63,877 nt of DNA from an uncultured Alphaproteobacteria bacterium (GTDB lineage: Bacteria; Pseudomonadota; Alphaproteobacteria; CAAHEQ01; UBA3637). Under the pieces are notes generated by a model, which was not told where the DNA came from, made no database searches, and saw only the letters and a program-made list of their open reading frames with translations. The position numbers and the translations under genes are program-made. The stretch is from the NCBI GenBank assembly GCA_937888725.1, contig CALARE010000092.1, positions 1 to 63,877 on the forward strand. The letters run 5' to 3'. Positions 28,356 to 37,800 of the stretch are shown in pieces (the first letter of the stretch is position 1; each line of letters begins with the position of its first letter).

Positions 28356-29589
28356 ATTAAAATCTGTTTTAACCTTATTAGATGTTGGAACAAGTAAAGT
28401 CTGTTGTATGATGGTGCGTTTTACCTCTGATGGCAGACCTGAGGTTATGGGTACAGGATATGCCCCTGCAAAAGGCATTAATGCAGGGGCGATTGTGAAT
28501 TTAGACCAAGCATCAGAATCAATTAGGGCAGCCCTAGAAGATTTAGAAAAACAAACTGAGCGTCAAGTAACCAGTGTTGTGACAAATATTTCTTCGACAC
28601 AATTAAAATCATTGCATATTCAAAAAGAAATTGACATTAGCGATGGTAGACCTATTACAGCAAGTGATGTTAAACGATTGGTTGATGGTGTTGTGGCCTC
28701 GTGTCTTGCAGAAGGGGACGAGGTGATACACGCTTTTCCGCTAACATATACTGTTGATAAAGAGCCAGGTGTTTCAGATCCAAGAGGATTGTACGGTCAT
28801 AAATTAGGTGTTCATATGCATGTGATTGTATTGCCCGAAAATCAATCAAGAAATTTGGTGGCAGCACTTGATAGACGTCATGTTTCAATTGATATGAAAG
28901 TTGCCACACCATACGCTTCAGCTTTAGCAACGATGACGGATGAGGAAAAAGAAATTGGTGCCACTGTTGTTGATTTTGGTGCAGGAACAACATCGATTGC
29001 CATTTTTTTAGAAGGTGGATTAGTTCATTTGGATATTATTCCACAAGGTGGGAATATTTTTTCAAAAGATATAGCAAGAGGATTGGGTTGTTCTTTTTCA
29101 GTAGCCGAGCGGTTAAAAACACTTCACGGTGGTGTATTTGAATCATCAAGGGATGGATTAGAACGTTTAATCGTACCTGTATTGGGGGAAGAAAATGTGA
29201 ATATTCAAGTTCCCCGTTCTGATTTAATTTCAATTATTGTTCCAAGATTAGATGAAATATTAGAAAATGTTGGAAAGGTTTTTCAAAAATATCCCCGATT
29301 CGTTATTTCGACTCGTCATATTGTGCTAAACGGGGGCGGAAGTATGCTTTTGGGTATAAAAGAAAAGATAATCCACACATTAGGCGGTGTTGTTCGGGCA
29401 GGAAAACCCGATATTATACGTGGAATGCCCACTCAATTTGAATCATATACATTTTCTACTTGCATTGGGCTATTAAAATATGTAATGATAAAGGAGAAGA
29501 GTTTATTAAATGAAAAATTCACTGCTCAGCCCGAGCAGCGAAAAGGCTTATTTGGAAAGGTTGTGCAATGGTTAGTTCAGAATTTTTAG
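28339..29589 (+). CDS. ftsA: Cell division protein FtsA
   Basis: [11 protein letters not shown] and [12 protein letters not shown] actin-fold phosphate motifs. ATG 28339 has a GAAAGAGG RBS; the track start at 28309 is probably too long. Confidence 0.9.
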   Translation: MAKKTKLKSVLTLLDVGTSKVCCMMVRFTSDGRPEVMGTGYAPAKGINAGAIVNLDQASESIRAALEDLEKQTERQVTSVVTNISSTQLKSLHIQKEIDISDGRPITASDVKRLVDGVVASCLAEGDEVIHAFPLTYTVDKEPGVSDPRGLYGHKLGVHMHVIVLPENQSRNLVAALDRRHVSIDMKVATPYASALATMTDEEKEIGATVVDFGAGTTSIAIFLEGGLVHLDIIPQGGNIFSKDIARGLGCSFSVAERLKTLHGGVFESSRDGLERLIVPVLGEENVNIQVPRSDLISIIVPRLDEILENVGKVFQKYPRFVISTRHIVLNGGGSMLLGIKEKIIHTLGGVVRAGKPDIIRGMPTQFESYTFSTCIGLLKYVMIKEKSLLNEKFTAQPEQRKGLFGKVVQWLVQNF

Positions 29590-31136
29590 ACACAAATGAA
29601 AGCAGTTTGTCAATTGGTTTGGTTACACCCCCACCAGAAGTCTTGTTGACCCCGAATATTGGGGTTATTGGAGTTGGTGGTGCAGGTGGTAATGCTGTCA
29701 ATAATATGGTGACAAGTGAGCTAAATGGCGTTTCCTTTTTTGTGGCAAATACTGATGCACAAGCACTTTCAAGATCATTGGTTTCTGAACGTATTCAATT
29801 AGGTGTCGCTTTGACGCAAGGCTTAGGTGCGGGTGCTAATCCAGAAGTTGGTCGTGCTGCCGCAGAAGAAACAGCCGAAAAATTAGCTGATTGCTTAAAA
29901 GGATTACATCTTTTATTTATCACTGCTGGTATGGGTGGTGGTACGGGAACGGGTGCCGCTCCTGTGATTGCAAAATTAGCAAAAGAAATGGGCATTTTGA
30001 CTGTTGGTGTTGTTTCAAAACCATTCCAGTTTGAAGGGTCAAAACGGATGCGAACAGCCAATAATGGTATTGCAGAACTTAAAAAATATGTTGATACGCT
30101 CCTTGTTATTCCAAATCAGAACTTATTTAGAATTGTATCGAACAATACAACATTTGCTGATGCGTTTAAAACCGCTGACGGTGTGTTATGTCAAGGGGTT
30201 CGTTCCATTACGGATTTGATTATCAAGCCAGGGATGATTAACCTTGATTTTGCTGATGTTAAAACGGTTCTTTCTTCGATGGGACGTGCAATGATGGGTA
30301 CTGGGGAAGCAACTGGTGAAAACAGAGCTGAAATTGCGGTAGAAAAAGCAATTTCAAATCCATTGTTGGATGATTCTTCTATTCGTGGTGCAAAGAGTGT
30401 CTTGTTAAATATTTCTGGTGGGTTAGATTTGACTTTGGCAGAGGTTGATTTGGCTGCCGAACGGATTCGTGCCGAGTTGGGCGAAGAAGATGCAAACATC
30501 ATCTTTGGTACATGTGCTGATGAAGCATTGCATGGTATGATTCGTATTTCAATTGTTGCCACAGGGATTGATGAGATTGGAAATGAAGCCCCAGTTGTTG
30601 AAAGTTTTTCACAAAAACAATCAAAAGAAACGGTTGTTGATGTGCCTCAAACAGAACAACCAGCAACAGTTCAAACAAACCAAGCAACTGAAACGGCTGA
30701 ACAGTTGGCTCTTATTGAAAAAACAGCAACAACAGATGAAACACCATTTGAAAGTGTTGTAAGGGATGAAGAACCAGATGATGCAACATTAAGTGAAATG
30801 GATATTGCGGTTGAAATGGTTGAAAAACCAAGAACGCAACCATTATTATTCCAAGAAGAAACACCTAGAATTAAGCCAGCTATTCATATTCATAGTGTCC
30901 CTGAAATTCAACCTGAAATTAATTTAGAAGCCAAGAAAAATGATGCAAATGTAAAACCTATTCGGGGTGGTTTATTTGATTTTATGCCTGGTTTTATGGG
31001 TGGACGTAAAAAAGAAAAAATGGATGCTGCTGTTGAGGCAAGCTCTATTCCAACACCTCGCAATTCAACAGGGTCATCGCAAAATTTTGATGATCCCTTT
31101 GAAAGTGTTGATTTACCAGCCTTTTTAAGAAGATAA
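29568..31136 (+). CDS. ftsZ: Cell division GTPase FtsZ with a long C-terminal linker
   Basis: [35 protein letters not shown], and the C-terminal peptide DLPAFLRR. Confidence 0.97.
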   Translation: MVSSEFLDTNESSLSIGLVTPPPEVLLTPNIGVIGVGGAGGNAVNNMVTSELNGVSFFVANTDAQALSRSLVSERIQLGVALTQGLGAGANPEVGRAAAEETAEKLADCLKGLHLLFITAGMGGGTGTGAAPVIAKLAKEMGILTVGVVSKPFQFEGSKRMRTANNGIAELKKYVDTLLVIPNQNLFRIVSNNTTFADAFKTADGVLCQGVRSITDLIIKPGMINLDFADVKTVLSSMGRAMMGTGEATGENRAEIAVEKAISNPLLDDSSIRGAKSVLLNISGGLDLTLAEVDLAAERIRAELGEEDANIIFGTCADEALHGMIRISIVATGIDEIGNEAPVVESFSQKQSKETVVDVPQTEQPATVQTNQATETAEQLALIEKTATTDETPFESVVRDEEPDDATLSEMDIAVEMVEKPRTQPLLFQEETPRIKPAIHIHSVPEIQPEINLEAKKNDANVKPIRGGLFDFMPGFMGGRKKEKMDAAVEASSIPTPRNSTGSSQNFDDPFESVDLPAFLRR

Positions 31137-31138
31137 GA

Positions 31139-31164
31139 TAAGAGCGGTTATCCGCTCTTATTTA
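31139..31164 (+). terminator. Intrinsic terminator after ftsZ
   Basis: TAAGAGCGG-TTAT-CCGCTCTTA, a 9-bp stem, followed by a short TTT. Confidence 0.55.
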
Positions 31165-31175
31165 AGGATAAAAAA

Positions 31176-32444
31176 ATGAAACCGAATCTTCAACCTAGAT
31201 TGATTGCTTATTTAGCCATAAAGGATGTTGTTGAAAAAAAAATAACAGCACCATTGGCGTTAAATAGAATAAAAAATTTTAATCAATTAAATGAGTTAGA
31301 TTCTAAATTTACAAAATCATTGGTGTTTGAAACATTAAGGCATTATGGCCAAGCTAAAACGATTCTAAACCAATATATTAAACGCAAGTTTTCTGGTAAA
31401 AAAAAGGATGTTGAGTATGTGTTAGTTATGGCGATTGTGCAACTGAAATATTTAAAAATACCTTCTCATGCTGTTGTTGATACAGCGGTTGAATTAATCA
31501 AGGAAATTAAACAAAAATATTTTTCAGGTCTTGTGAATGCTATCTTGCATGCGATTAGCCGTGATATTGATAAAAACAATCCAGATGCTTTGACAAATTT
31601 GCCTAGTTGGATGCGTGAAAAATGGGTTGCAACATATGGTGAAGAACAAGTTTGCTCTTTTCTAAATGTATTTAATGGCGATATGTTTTTAGATATATCG
31701 GTTAAAGATGATACAGAAATTTGGGTAAAAAAACTGAATGCTGAAGTCTTACCAACAGGGACGTTGCGTTGCCATATGGTTGAGAATATTACCTCTTTAG
31801 ATGGATATGAAGAAGGGGCTTGGTGGGTTCAAGATGCATCAGCAGCGTTACCTGTGCACCTATTTAGTAATGTTAAAGGAAAAAGAGGGGCTGATTTATG
31901 TTCTGCACCAGGTGGAAAAACGGCTCAATTAGTGGCAAAAGGTGCCTATGTTGATGCTTATGACATTTCTGAAAAACGTCTTATTAGATTAAAAGAAAAT
32001 ATAAAACGATTAAATATAGAAGATAAAGTAACTGTTATTTGCTCTGATGCTTTGCAAATAGAACAAGATGAATTATATGATTTTATTTTGCTTGATGCAC
32101 CTTGTTCGGCAACTGGGACAATTAAACGTCATCCTGATTTATTGCATATTCGAACATATGAGGATGTGATGCGTTTATCTCAATTGCAAAAAGAACTTCT
32201 CACGCATGCTGTTTCACTTTTAAAAAAAGGGGGCGAGCTTGTTTATTCAACTTGCTCTTTGGAAGATGAAGAAAATGAACTTCTCATTCAAAGTTTTTTA
32301 AAGGAACATACAAATATGAAAAGGCATACACCAACAGCACCTTTTTTAAAACCATTTTTAAATGAATTTGGTGCTGTTCAAGTATTGCCAAGCAATAAAA
32401 TTGTACAAGATGGTTTTTATGCTGTTTTATTGAAAAAGGAATAG
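31176..32444 (+). CDS. rsmB: 16S rRNA (cytosine967-C5)-methyltransferase
   Basis: NusB-like N-terminal domain, DLCSAPGGKT, DAPCSATG, YSTCS. Confidence 0.9.
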   Translation: MKPNLQPRLIAYLAIKDVVEKKITAPLALNRIKNFNQLNELDSKFTKSLVFETLRHYGQAKTILNQYIKRKFSGKKKDVEYVLVMAIVQLKYLKIPSHAVVDTAVELIKEIKQKYFSGLVNAILHAISRDIDKNNPDALTNLPSWMREKWVATYGEEQVCSFLNVFNGDMFLDISVKDDTEIWVKKLNAEVLPTGTLRCHMVENITSLDGYEEGAWWVQDASAALPVHLFSNVKGKRGADLCSAPGGKTAQLVAKGAYVDAYDISEKRLIRLKENIKRLNIEDKVTVICSDALQIEQDELYDFILLDAPCSATGTIKRHPDLLHIRTYEDVMRLSQLQKELLTHAVSLLKKGGELVYSTCSLEDEENELLIQSFLKEHTNMKRHTPTAPFLKPFLNEFGAVQVLPSNKIVQDGFYAVLLKKE

Positions 32445-32448
32445 TGAT

Positions 32449-33078
32449 ATGAAAGTTTTAATGTTAAATGGAAGCTCAAATATACAAGGATGCACATATA
32501 CGGCTTTAAATGAAATTGCCAATCAATTGGAACAAGAAAATATTGAAACGGAAATTTTGCAATTAGGTGTACAGGCATATCATGATTGTACAGGCTGTGG
32601 AGCTTGTCGAAATGTGCTCAATGGCAAATGTATTTTCGATGATGATATTGTAAATACCTTGATTGAAAAAGCATCAACAGCTGATGGTTTTATTTTTGGA
32701 ACACCTGTTTATTATGCACATCCATCAGGAAGATTATTATCTGTACTGGATAGGGCTTTTTTTGCAGGTGGTCAACATTTTAAATTTAAACCAGCTGCAG
32801 CTATTGCGTCAGCAAGGCGGGCAGGGACAACAGCCACTTTAGATGTGATAAACAAGTATTTTACAATCAATCAAATGCCTATTGTTTCATCATCATATTG
32901 GAATATGGTGCATGGACAAAAACCAGAGGATGTTTTAAAAGATTTGGAAGGATTGCAAACAATGCATCATTTGGCTAAAAATATGGTGTATTTTTTAAAG
33001 CTTATTGAGCTTGGTAGACAAAATAACATTTTTCCACCAGATAATCAAAAAGAGGTTGTAACTAATTTTATTCGCTAA
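32449..33078 (+). CDS. Flavodoxin-fold NAD(P)H-dependent FMN reductase / iron-sulfur flavoprotein family
   Basis: MKVLMLNGSS start, Cys cluster CTGCGAC...C, and GFIFGTPVYYAHPSG. Its 3' end overlaps the convergent GT80-like gene by 11 nt. Confidence 0.7.
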   Translation: MKVLMLNGSSNIQGCTYTALNEIANQLEQENIETEILQLGVQAYHDCTGCGACRNVLNGKCIFDDDIVNTLIEKASTADGFIFGTPVYYAHPSGRLLSVLDRAFFAGGQHFKFKPAAAIASARRAGTTATLDVINKYFTINQMPIVSSSYWNMVHGQKPEDVLKDLEGLQTMHHLAKNMVYFLKLIELGRQNNIFPPDNQKEVVTNFIR

Positions 33079-34351
33079 CTTTTTTCAAGCTTGACCAATG
33101 ATAGTTTTGGATAAGAGAGGTTTCAAAGACCTCTTTTTTATTGTTTTGTAAAACTTTTTTATCCTTTGTTTCAAGCAGAATCTTATAACAATTATCATTA
33201 TTGAATTGGCAATACTCATCATTAATTTTAACAAACCAAAAATTGTTATCAACTCTAAAAATAGAAAGTTCTTCCAACTTTTTAATGGCAGTTTCTTCAG
33301 TATATATCTGTGTTTCAGATGTAATAAGGCCTGCTTTTTTTAGTGTTGGGATATAAAAATCATTTTTTCCTCGTGCAATATATGACAGGAGAGAATCGGG
33401 AGTTAAATTTGCAAAAACAGAAGATCCAATACCACTTACATATTTAGGGGTCATTTTGCTTAAAATTAAAAATTCAAATGGTAGGTGTGCATCCATTTTT
33501 TGTATATTAGGGCAAAAATGAGTTAAAACTTTTTTTGTTGGTGTTAGATAATTGCTTGGGTGTGGTTTGTAAAACCATGTAACATCTTTTTGAGAAGAAC
33601 AAACATCTTTTAAAGCGATTAATTGATGACAATTCAACGGATATCCTGCTACAAATCCCAATAAATAGACACCGATTTCTTTATCTTTTAAATTTTTTTG
33701 ATATTTTTTTAAATCAATACCAGTCAATTTTGCTAACTTTTTTATGTCATCTTTAGAAAGTTCATTGGCGATTTTGTGAAAATCAACTGGAATTATATTA
33801 ACATAATTTTTTAGCTTTGAAATTTCATCACAATGAATAAGCGGGTTATTCCCTGAACAAAATTTTTTATCATCTCCCCACATATATAATTTATGTTTTA
33901 TATCAGGATTGTCATAAAAAATATAATTTCTCCCTTTTGCCCACCACATATAATTTGATGCATCTTCATATGCATAAGATTCTAATATTTTTTCTTTAGG
34001 GATATGTTTAATAAATTCATTAAAAAAATAGTCATGATGAAGGTTATGATGAAGGATTATCTTTGAACGAGGATATTTTTTTAAAAGTTGTTGAAGTTCA
34101 TCAAGAAGATTTCTCCAACTAGAAGCAAAAAAGGTATTTTGATAGGTATTTTTATTTTGAATATGTGAATAAAAACGTTCCCAATAAATAAGTTTTATAT
34201 CTCTTTTAGGGGTGTGAATATAATCAACCATTTGCAGGAGAGAAGGTGATGATGCTTTGTCAAAATAGACATAAATTTTTCGGGGGGGGGGTAGCTGAAT
34301 AACAGAAAAAATACTAATAAAAACAATGAGTAATTTTAAATAAATTTTCAT
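33068..34351 (-). CDS. GT80-like sialyltransferase homolog (PmST1/Photobacterium type) with an N-terminal signal anchor
   Basis: The sequence lines up with PmST1 as I recall it. KIYVYFDKASSPSLLQMVDY matches TLYLDPASLPALNQLMDF, and YEDAS matches YDDGS. The HP motif is YKPHPS, followed by LPFEFLIL and GIGSSVF. ATG 34351 has a GGTGAG RBS; the track start at 34387 is probably too long. Confidence 0.7.
   Translation of the reverse strand: MKIYLKLLIVFISIFSVIQLPPPRKIYVYFDKASSPSLLQMVDYIHTPKRDIKLIYWERFYSHIQNKNTYQNTFFASSWRNLLDELQQLLKKYPRSKIILHHNLHHDYFFNEFIKHIPKEKILESYAYEDASNYMWWAKGRNYIFYDNPDIKHKLYMWGDDKKFCSGNNPLIHCDEISKLKNYVNIIPVDFHKIANELSKDDIKKLAKLTGIDLKKYQKNLKDKEIGVYLLGFVAGYPLNCHQLIALKDVCSSQKDVTWFYKPHPSNYLTPTKKVLTHFCPNIQKMDAHLPFEFLILSKMTPKYVSGIGSSVFANLTPDSLLSYIARGKNDFYIPTLKKAGLITSETQIYTEETAIKKLEELSIFRVDNNFWFVKINDEYCQFNNDNCYKILLETKDKKVLQNNKKEVFETSLIQNYHWSSLKKVSE
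34282..34291 (-). repeat. Poly-C(10) homopolymer (G10 on + strand) inside the GT80-like CDS
   Basis: CTA CCC CCC CCC CGA encodes L-P-P-P-R, 60 nt after the preferred start codon. Confidence 0.95.
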
Positions 34352-34405
34352 AAAGTTCTCACCTGTTGACCCGATGTTCTGATCCAAATATCTCCATGTT
34401 ATTGA

Positions 34406-34972
34406 TTATTGTTGATAACACCGTTTTTGAAATTTATAAAAATATTTAAGTATTTTTTCACAAATTTCTTCAGGTGTTTTATTAGTTGTATCAATAATCA
34501 AATCGAAATTAGCATCATTATCAATATCGACATGATAAAGCTTTTTAAAACGTTCTACTTCTAAAGCACGTCTCATTTTTAAATCAGTTTCAGCTTCATC
34601 AACGCTTTTATAAGCCCGTTCCTCTGTTCGTGTTTTATCATTAAAAATACGCTCAGCTGCAACATGTGTATCAATATTGAGTTTGACTTTAAATGAGGAG
34701 GGGATAAAAAAGAATGCCAATCTTGAATCAACAATAAAATTATCATTTTCATTTATGAGCGTTTTGAAAACGCCATCAATTTGTTTATCAATGCTATAAT
34801 CTGTCATTGATAATTTGTTCAATTCGAGGGTTGTAATACCTCTTTCTTGAGCGATTTTACGCTGTGCACTTCCTGTAGAATAAAACGTATAATTCAACTG
34901 TTTTGCAAGCATTTTTCCAATTGTGGACTTTCCACTCCCAAGCATACCAGAAAGTGAAATGATAAAATGCAT
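34406..34972 (-). CDS. P-loop nucleotide kinase of the cytidylate-kinase-like family
   Basis: Walker A SGMLGSGKSTIGKMLA; ~188 aa. ATG 34972 follows AAGGGGGA; the track start at 34987 is a TTG lying inside that RBS. Confidence 0.6.
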   Translation of the reverse strand: MHFIISLSGMLGSGKSTIGKMLAKQLNYTFYSTGSAQRKIAQERGITTLELNKLSMTDYSIDKQIDGVFKTLINENDNFIVDSRLAFFFIPSSFKVKLNIDTHVAAERIFNDKTRTEERAYKSVDEAETDLKMRRALEVERFKKLYHVDIDNDANFDLIIDTTNKTPEEICEKILKYFYKFQKRCYQQ

Positions 34973-35000
34973 TTTGTCCCCCTTCAACTTTATCGTTTAT

Positions 35001-36989
35001 TTAAATATCTAAGTTTTCAACAAAACGAGCATGTTCTTGAATAAATTGAAATCTATATTCAGGCTTATTCCCCATTAATCTAGAAACGATATTCTTTGTA
35101 TAAACAGCTTCTTCCGCTTCTTCTTCCGTCGTTTTATGGGGTACAACTACACGAAGGAGTGTACGTTTTTTGGGGTCCATTGTCGTTTCTTTCAACTGAT
35201 GAGGAGGCATTTCACCGAGACCTTTAAAGCGTGAAATATCCACATTCTTGGCATTTTTAAAGACTGTTTTAAGGACAACTTCCTTTTCAGCATCATCAGC
35301 GGCATAAACCGATTTTCCCCCTTGCGTTAAGCGATAAAGGGGCGGTAACGCAATGAAAAGATGCCCGTTTTCGATTAATTTTGGCATTTCTTGATAGAAA
35401 AATGACATCAATAATGAGGCAATGTGTGCTCCATCAACGTCCGCATCTGTCATGATAATGACTTTTTCATAACGCAAGGCATCTTCATTATACTTATCTC
35501 TACGACCGCAACCCAATGCTTCGGTCATATCTTTAATTTCTTCATTTGCTAAAATTTTATCTTGAGAGGCACTAATGACGTTTAAAATCTTCCCTCTTAA
35601 CGGTAAAATAGCTTGTGTTTCACGGTTTCGAGCTTGTTTAGCAGAACCACCAGCAGAATCCCCTTCAACTAAGAATAATTCTGTTCCAGTTGTTTTGTTA
35701 TGAGAACAATCCGCCAATTTGCCAGGTAAACGTAACTTTTTTGTTGCACTAGCACGAACAGTTTCAAGTGTCTTCTTCTTGCGTTTTCTTTCTTCAGCCC
35801 GCTCAACAATATAATCTAACAAGGCATTTGCAGATTTGATATCACGACTGAGCCAATGGTCAAATGGGTCTTTAATCGCATTTTCAACCAAACGAGCAGC
35901 ACTTGTTGTAACGAGCTTTTCTTTTGTCTGTCCTTGGAATTGTGGATCTTTGATGAAAACGGATAACATAACGCCAGCGGTATTTAAAATGTCATCAGCT
36001 GTAATATCGGCAGCCTTTTTATTCCCAGACATTTCAGCATAAGCCCTGAGTGATTTTGTAAGGCCAGCTCTTAAACCTGTTTCATGTGTCCCGCCAAGAG
36101 GTGTCACAACTGTGTTACAATAAGAATATGAAAAGCCATCTTTAAAATCGTCTGGCCAACAAATTGCCCACTCAACCGCTCCTTCGTTATCAGGTAATTC
36201 AACACGGCCAGAAAAAGGCTTTGGTGTGACGGTTGTTCTGTCTTTAATTAAATAATCCAAAAAGTCGGCAACCCCATTAGGGAATTTTAAAATTTGTTCT
36301 GTTGGTGTTTTGTCATCTGAACCGATTAAGGAGGCGTCACATGACCAACGAATTTCAACCCCGCGGAACAAAAAGGCTTTTGTTCGGCTCATTCTAAAGA
36401 GTGTTGAGGGTTTAAATTTTGTTGTTTCTCCAAAAATTTCTGTATCAGGGATAAATGAAACACTTGTCCCTCTGCGATTGCTGACAGAACCAACGCAAAC
36501 CAAATCAGTTACAGGCTTGCCTTGTTTATATTCTTGACGATAAAGTTTTTTATCCCTTGCAACTTCAATAATCATATGAGAGGAAAGGGCATTCACAGCC
36601 GATAGACCCACACCATGCAAACCACCAGACACAGCATAAGCGTTTCCGCCAAATTTGCCCCCTGAGTGTAATGTTGTGGTGATGACCTCTAACGCTGATT
36701 TGTCGGGGTATTTGGGATGTGGATCAACTGGGATACCTCGACCATTATCTTTGACGGTTACATAGCCATCTTGGCTTAAATTAACCTCGATATTTGTGGC
36801 ATAACCAGCCACGGCCTCATCCATAGCATTATCAATAATTTCAGCGACTAAGTGATGATAAGCACGTTCATCAATTCCGCCGATATACATCCCTGGACGT
36901 TTGCGTACAGGTTCCAACCCTTCTAGAACTTCAATATCTCTAGCAGAGTACTCATTTTTTTGTGGTGTAGCATTAAATAAATCAGACAT
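35001..36989 (-). CDS. parE: DNA topoisomerase IV subunit B
   Basis: GHKL and Toprim motifs: HHLVAEIIDNAMDE, GLHGVGLSAVNALS, LVEGDSAGGS, PLRGKILNV, IMTDADVDGAHI. The 662-aa length, without the GyrB insertion, favours ParE over GyrB. Confidence 0.85.
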   Translation of the reverse strand: MSDLFNATPQKNEYSARDIEVLEGLEPVRKRPGMYIGGIDERAYHHLVAEIIDNAMDEAVAGYATNIEVNLSQDGYVTVKDNGRGIPVDPHPKYPDKSALEVITTTLHSGGKFGGNAYAVSGGLHGVGLSAVNALSSHMIIEVARDKKLYRQEYKQGKPVTDLVCVGSVSNRRGTSVSFIPDTEIFGETTKFKPSTLFRMSRTKAFLFRGVEIRWSCDASLIGSDDKTPTEQILKFPNGVADFLDYLIKDRTTVTPKPFSGRVELPDNEGAVEWAICWPDDFKDGFSYSYCNTVVTPLGGTHETGLRAGLTKSLRAYAEMSGNKKAADITADDILNTAGVMLSVFIKDPQFQGQTKEKLVTTSAARLVENAIKDPFDHWLSRDIKSANALLDYIVERAEERKRKKKTLETVRASATKKLRLPGKLADCSHNKTTGTELFLVEGDSAGGSAKQARNRETQAILPLRGKILNVISASQDKILANEEIKDMTEALGCGRRDKYNEDALRYEKVIIMTDADVDGAHIASLLMSFFYQEMPKLIENGHLFIALPPLYRLTQGGKSVYAADDAEKEVVLKTVFKNAKNVDISRFKGLGEMPPHQLKETTMDPKKRTLLRVVVPHKTTEEEAEEAVYTKNIVSRLMGNKPEYRFQFIQEHARFVENLDI

Positions 36990-37038
36990 AGGGGTATATT
37001 AACCAAAATCTTTTTAAAACGCAAGCAAAAAAAAGCTT

Positions 37039-37685
37039 TTAATTGGTTTTTTCTTGTGTCGTGTATTCTCTATATTGATATGTTTCAATAAGTGAAAAAG
37101 TGTGTGTTTTGTTATTAGGTAATTGAATGGATATTTGCTTTTCTGTTTCGTTTAAAATTTTAAAACATTCATCTTTTAAAATAGGACACATTGTTTGAGA
37201 GTCTTTTTTCCATACCCATAATAAAGAGAGATGATGAAAATCCTGCAACTCCTTTTGGTTTTAACCCTGTAATGAGTAAAAGTTCAAACGGGATATGTGC
37301 ATCGATTTGTTGGATGTTGGGACATAGATGGTTGAGGACTGTATGTGTTGGTTGATAATGTTTGTTGGGGTGATATTTAATGAACCAATCTCTTTCTCTA
37401 GTGCAGAGCCGTTTTAAGCCAGATAATTGTGTTGCGATATTCGGTTTTTTTTTAATCAGTTCCAAGAATGTAGATGAATGCATTTTTATTTTGCAGTTGA
37501 TTTTTGATTTTTTGGTAATCAAATCCTGCTAGTTTAAAAATTTTTTCTTTTTCATCAGTTGTTAATGTTGTGCCAATTTTATTAAAATTAATGTTAACGG
37601 GTGTTACCTGTTTTAAAATGTTGAATACGATGGGCATCTTACTATTTGACTGTCTTTTGGACAAAGTTTTTTCATATCGCCCCAA
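37039..37685 (-). pseudogene. Decayed paralog of the GT80-like gene at 33068..34351 (N-terminus missing, at least 2 frameshifts)
   Basis: Three ORF fragments in different frames align in order with the intact paralog. VTPVNINFNKIGTTLTTDEKEKIFKLAGFDYQKIKNQL pairs with IIPVDFHKIANELSKDDIKKLAKLTGIDLKKYQKNL. KYHPNKHYQPTHTVLNHLCPNIQQIDAHIPFELLLITGLKPKGVAGFSSSLF pairs with YKPHPSNYLTPTKKVLTHFCPNIQKMDAHLPFEFLILSKMTPKYVSGIGSSVF. Confidence 0.8.
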
Positions 37686-37800
37686 ATCACAATAAAAAAA
37701 TATTTTTTAATCAAGTAAAATTAAAAACCATTGTTATTGACAAAAAAGATGAAACGGTGTATTATTTTGGCAATTTAATTAGATAGAAAAGGATTATAAA

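Noticed and set aside
34352-34387. Longer start of the GT80-like ORF (MDQNIGSTGENF...)
   Set aside because: The internal ATG at 34351 is preceded by a GGTGAG RBS and begins directly with the signal-anchor helix. The choice remains uncertain.
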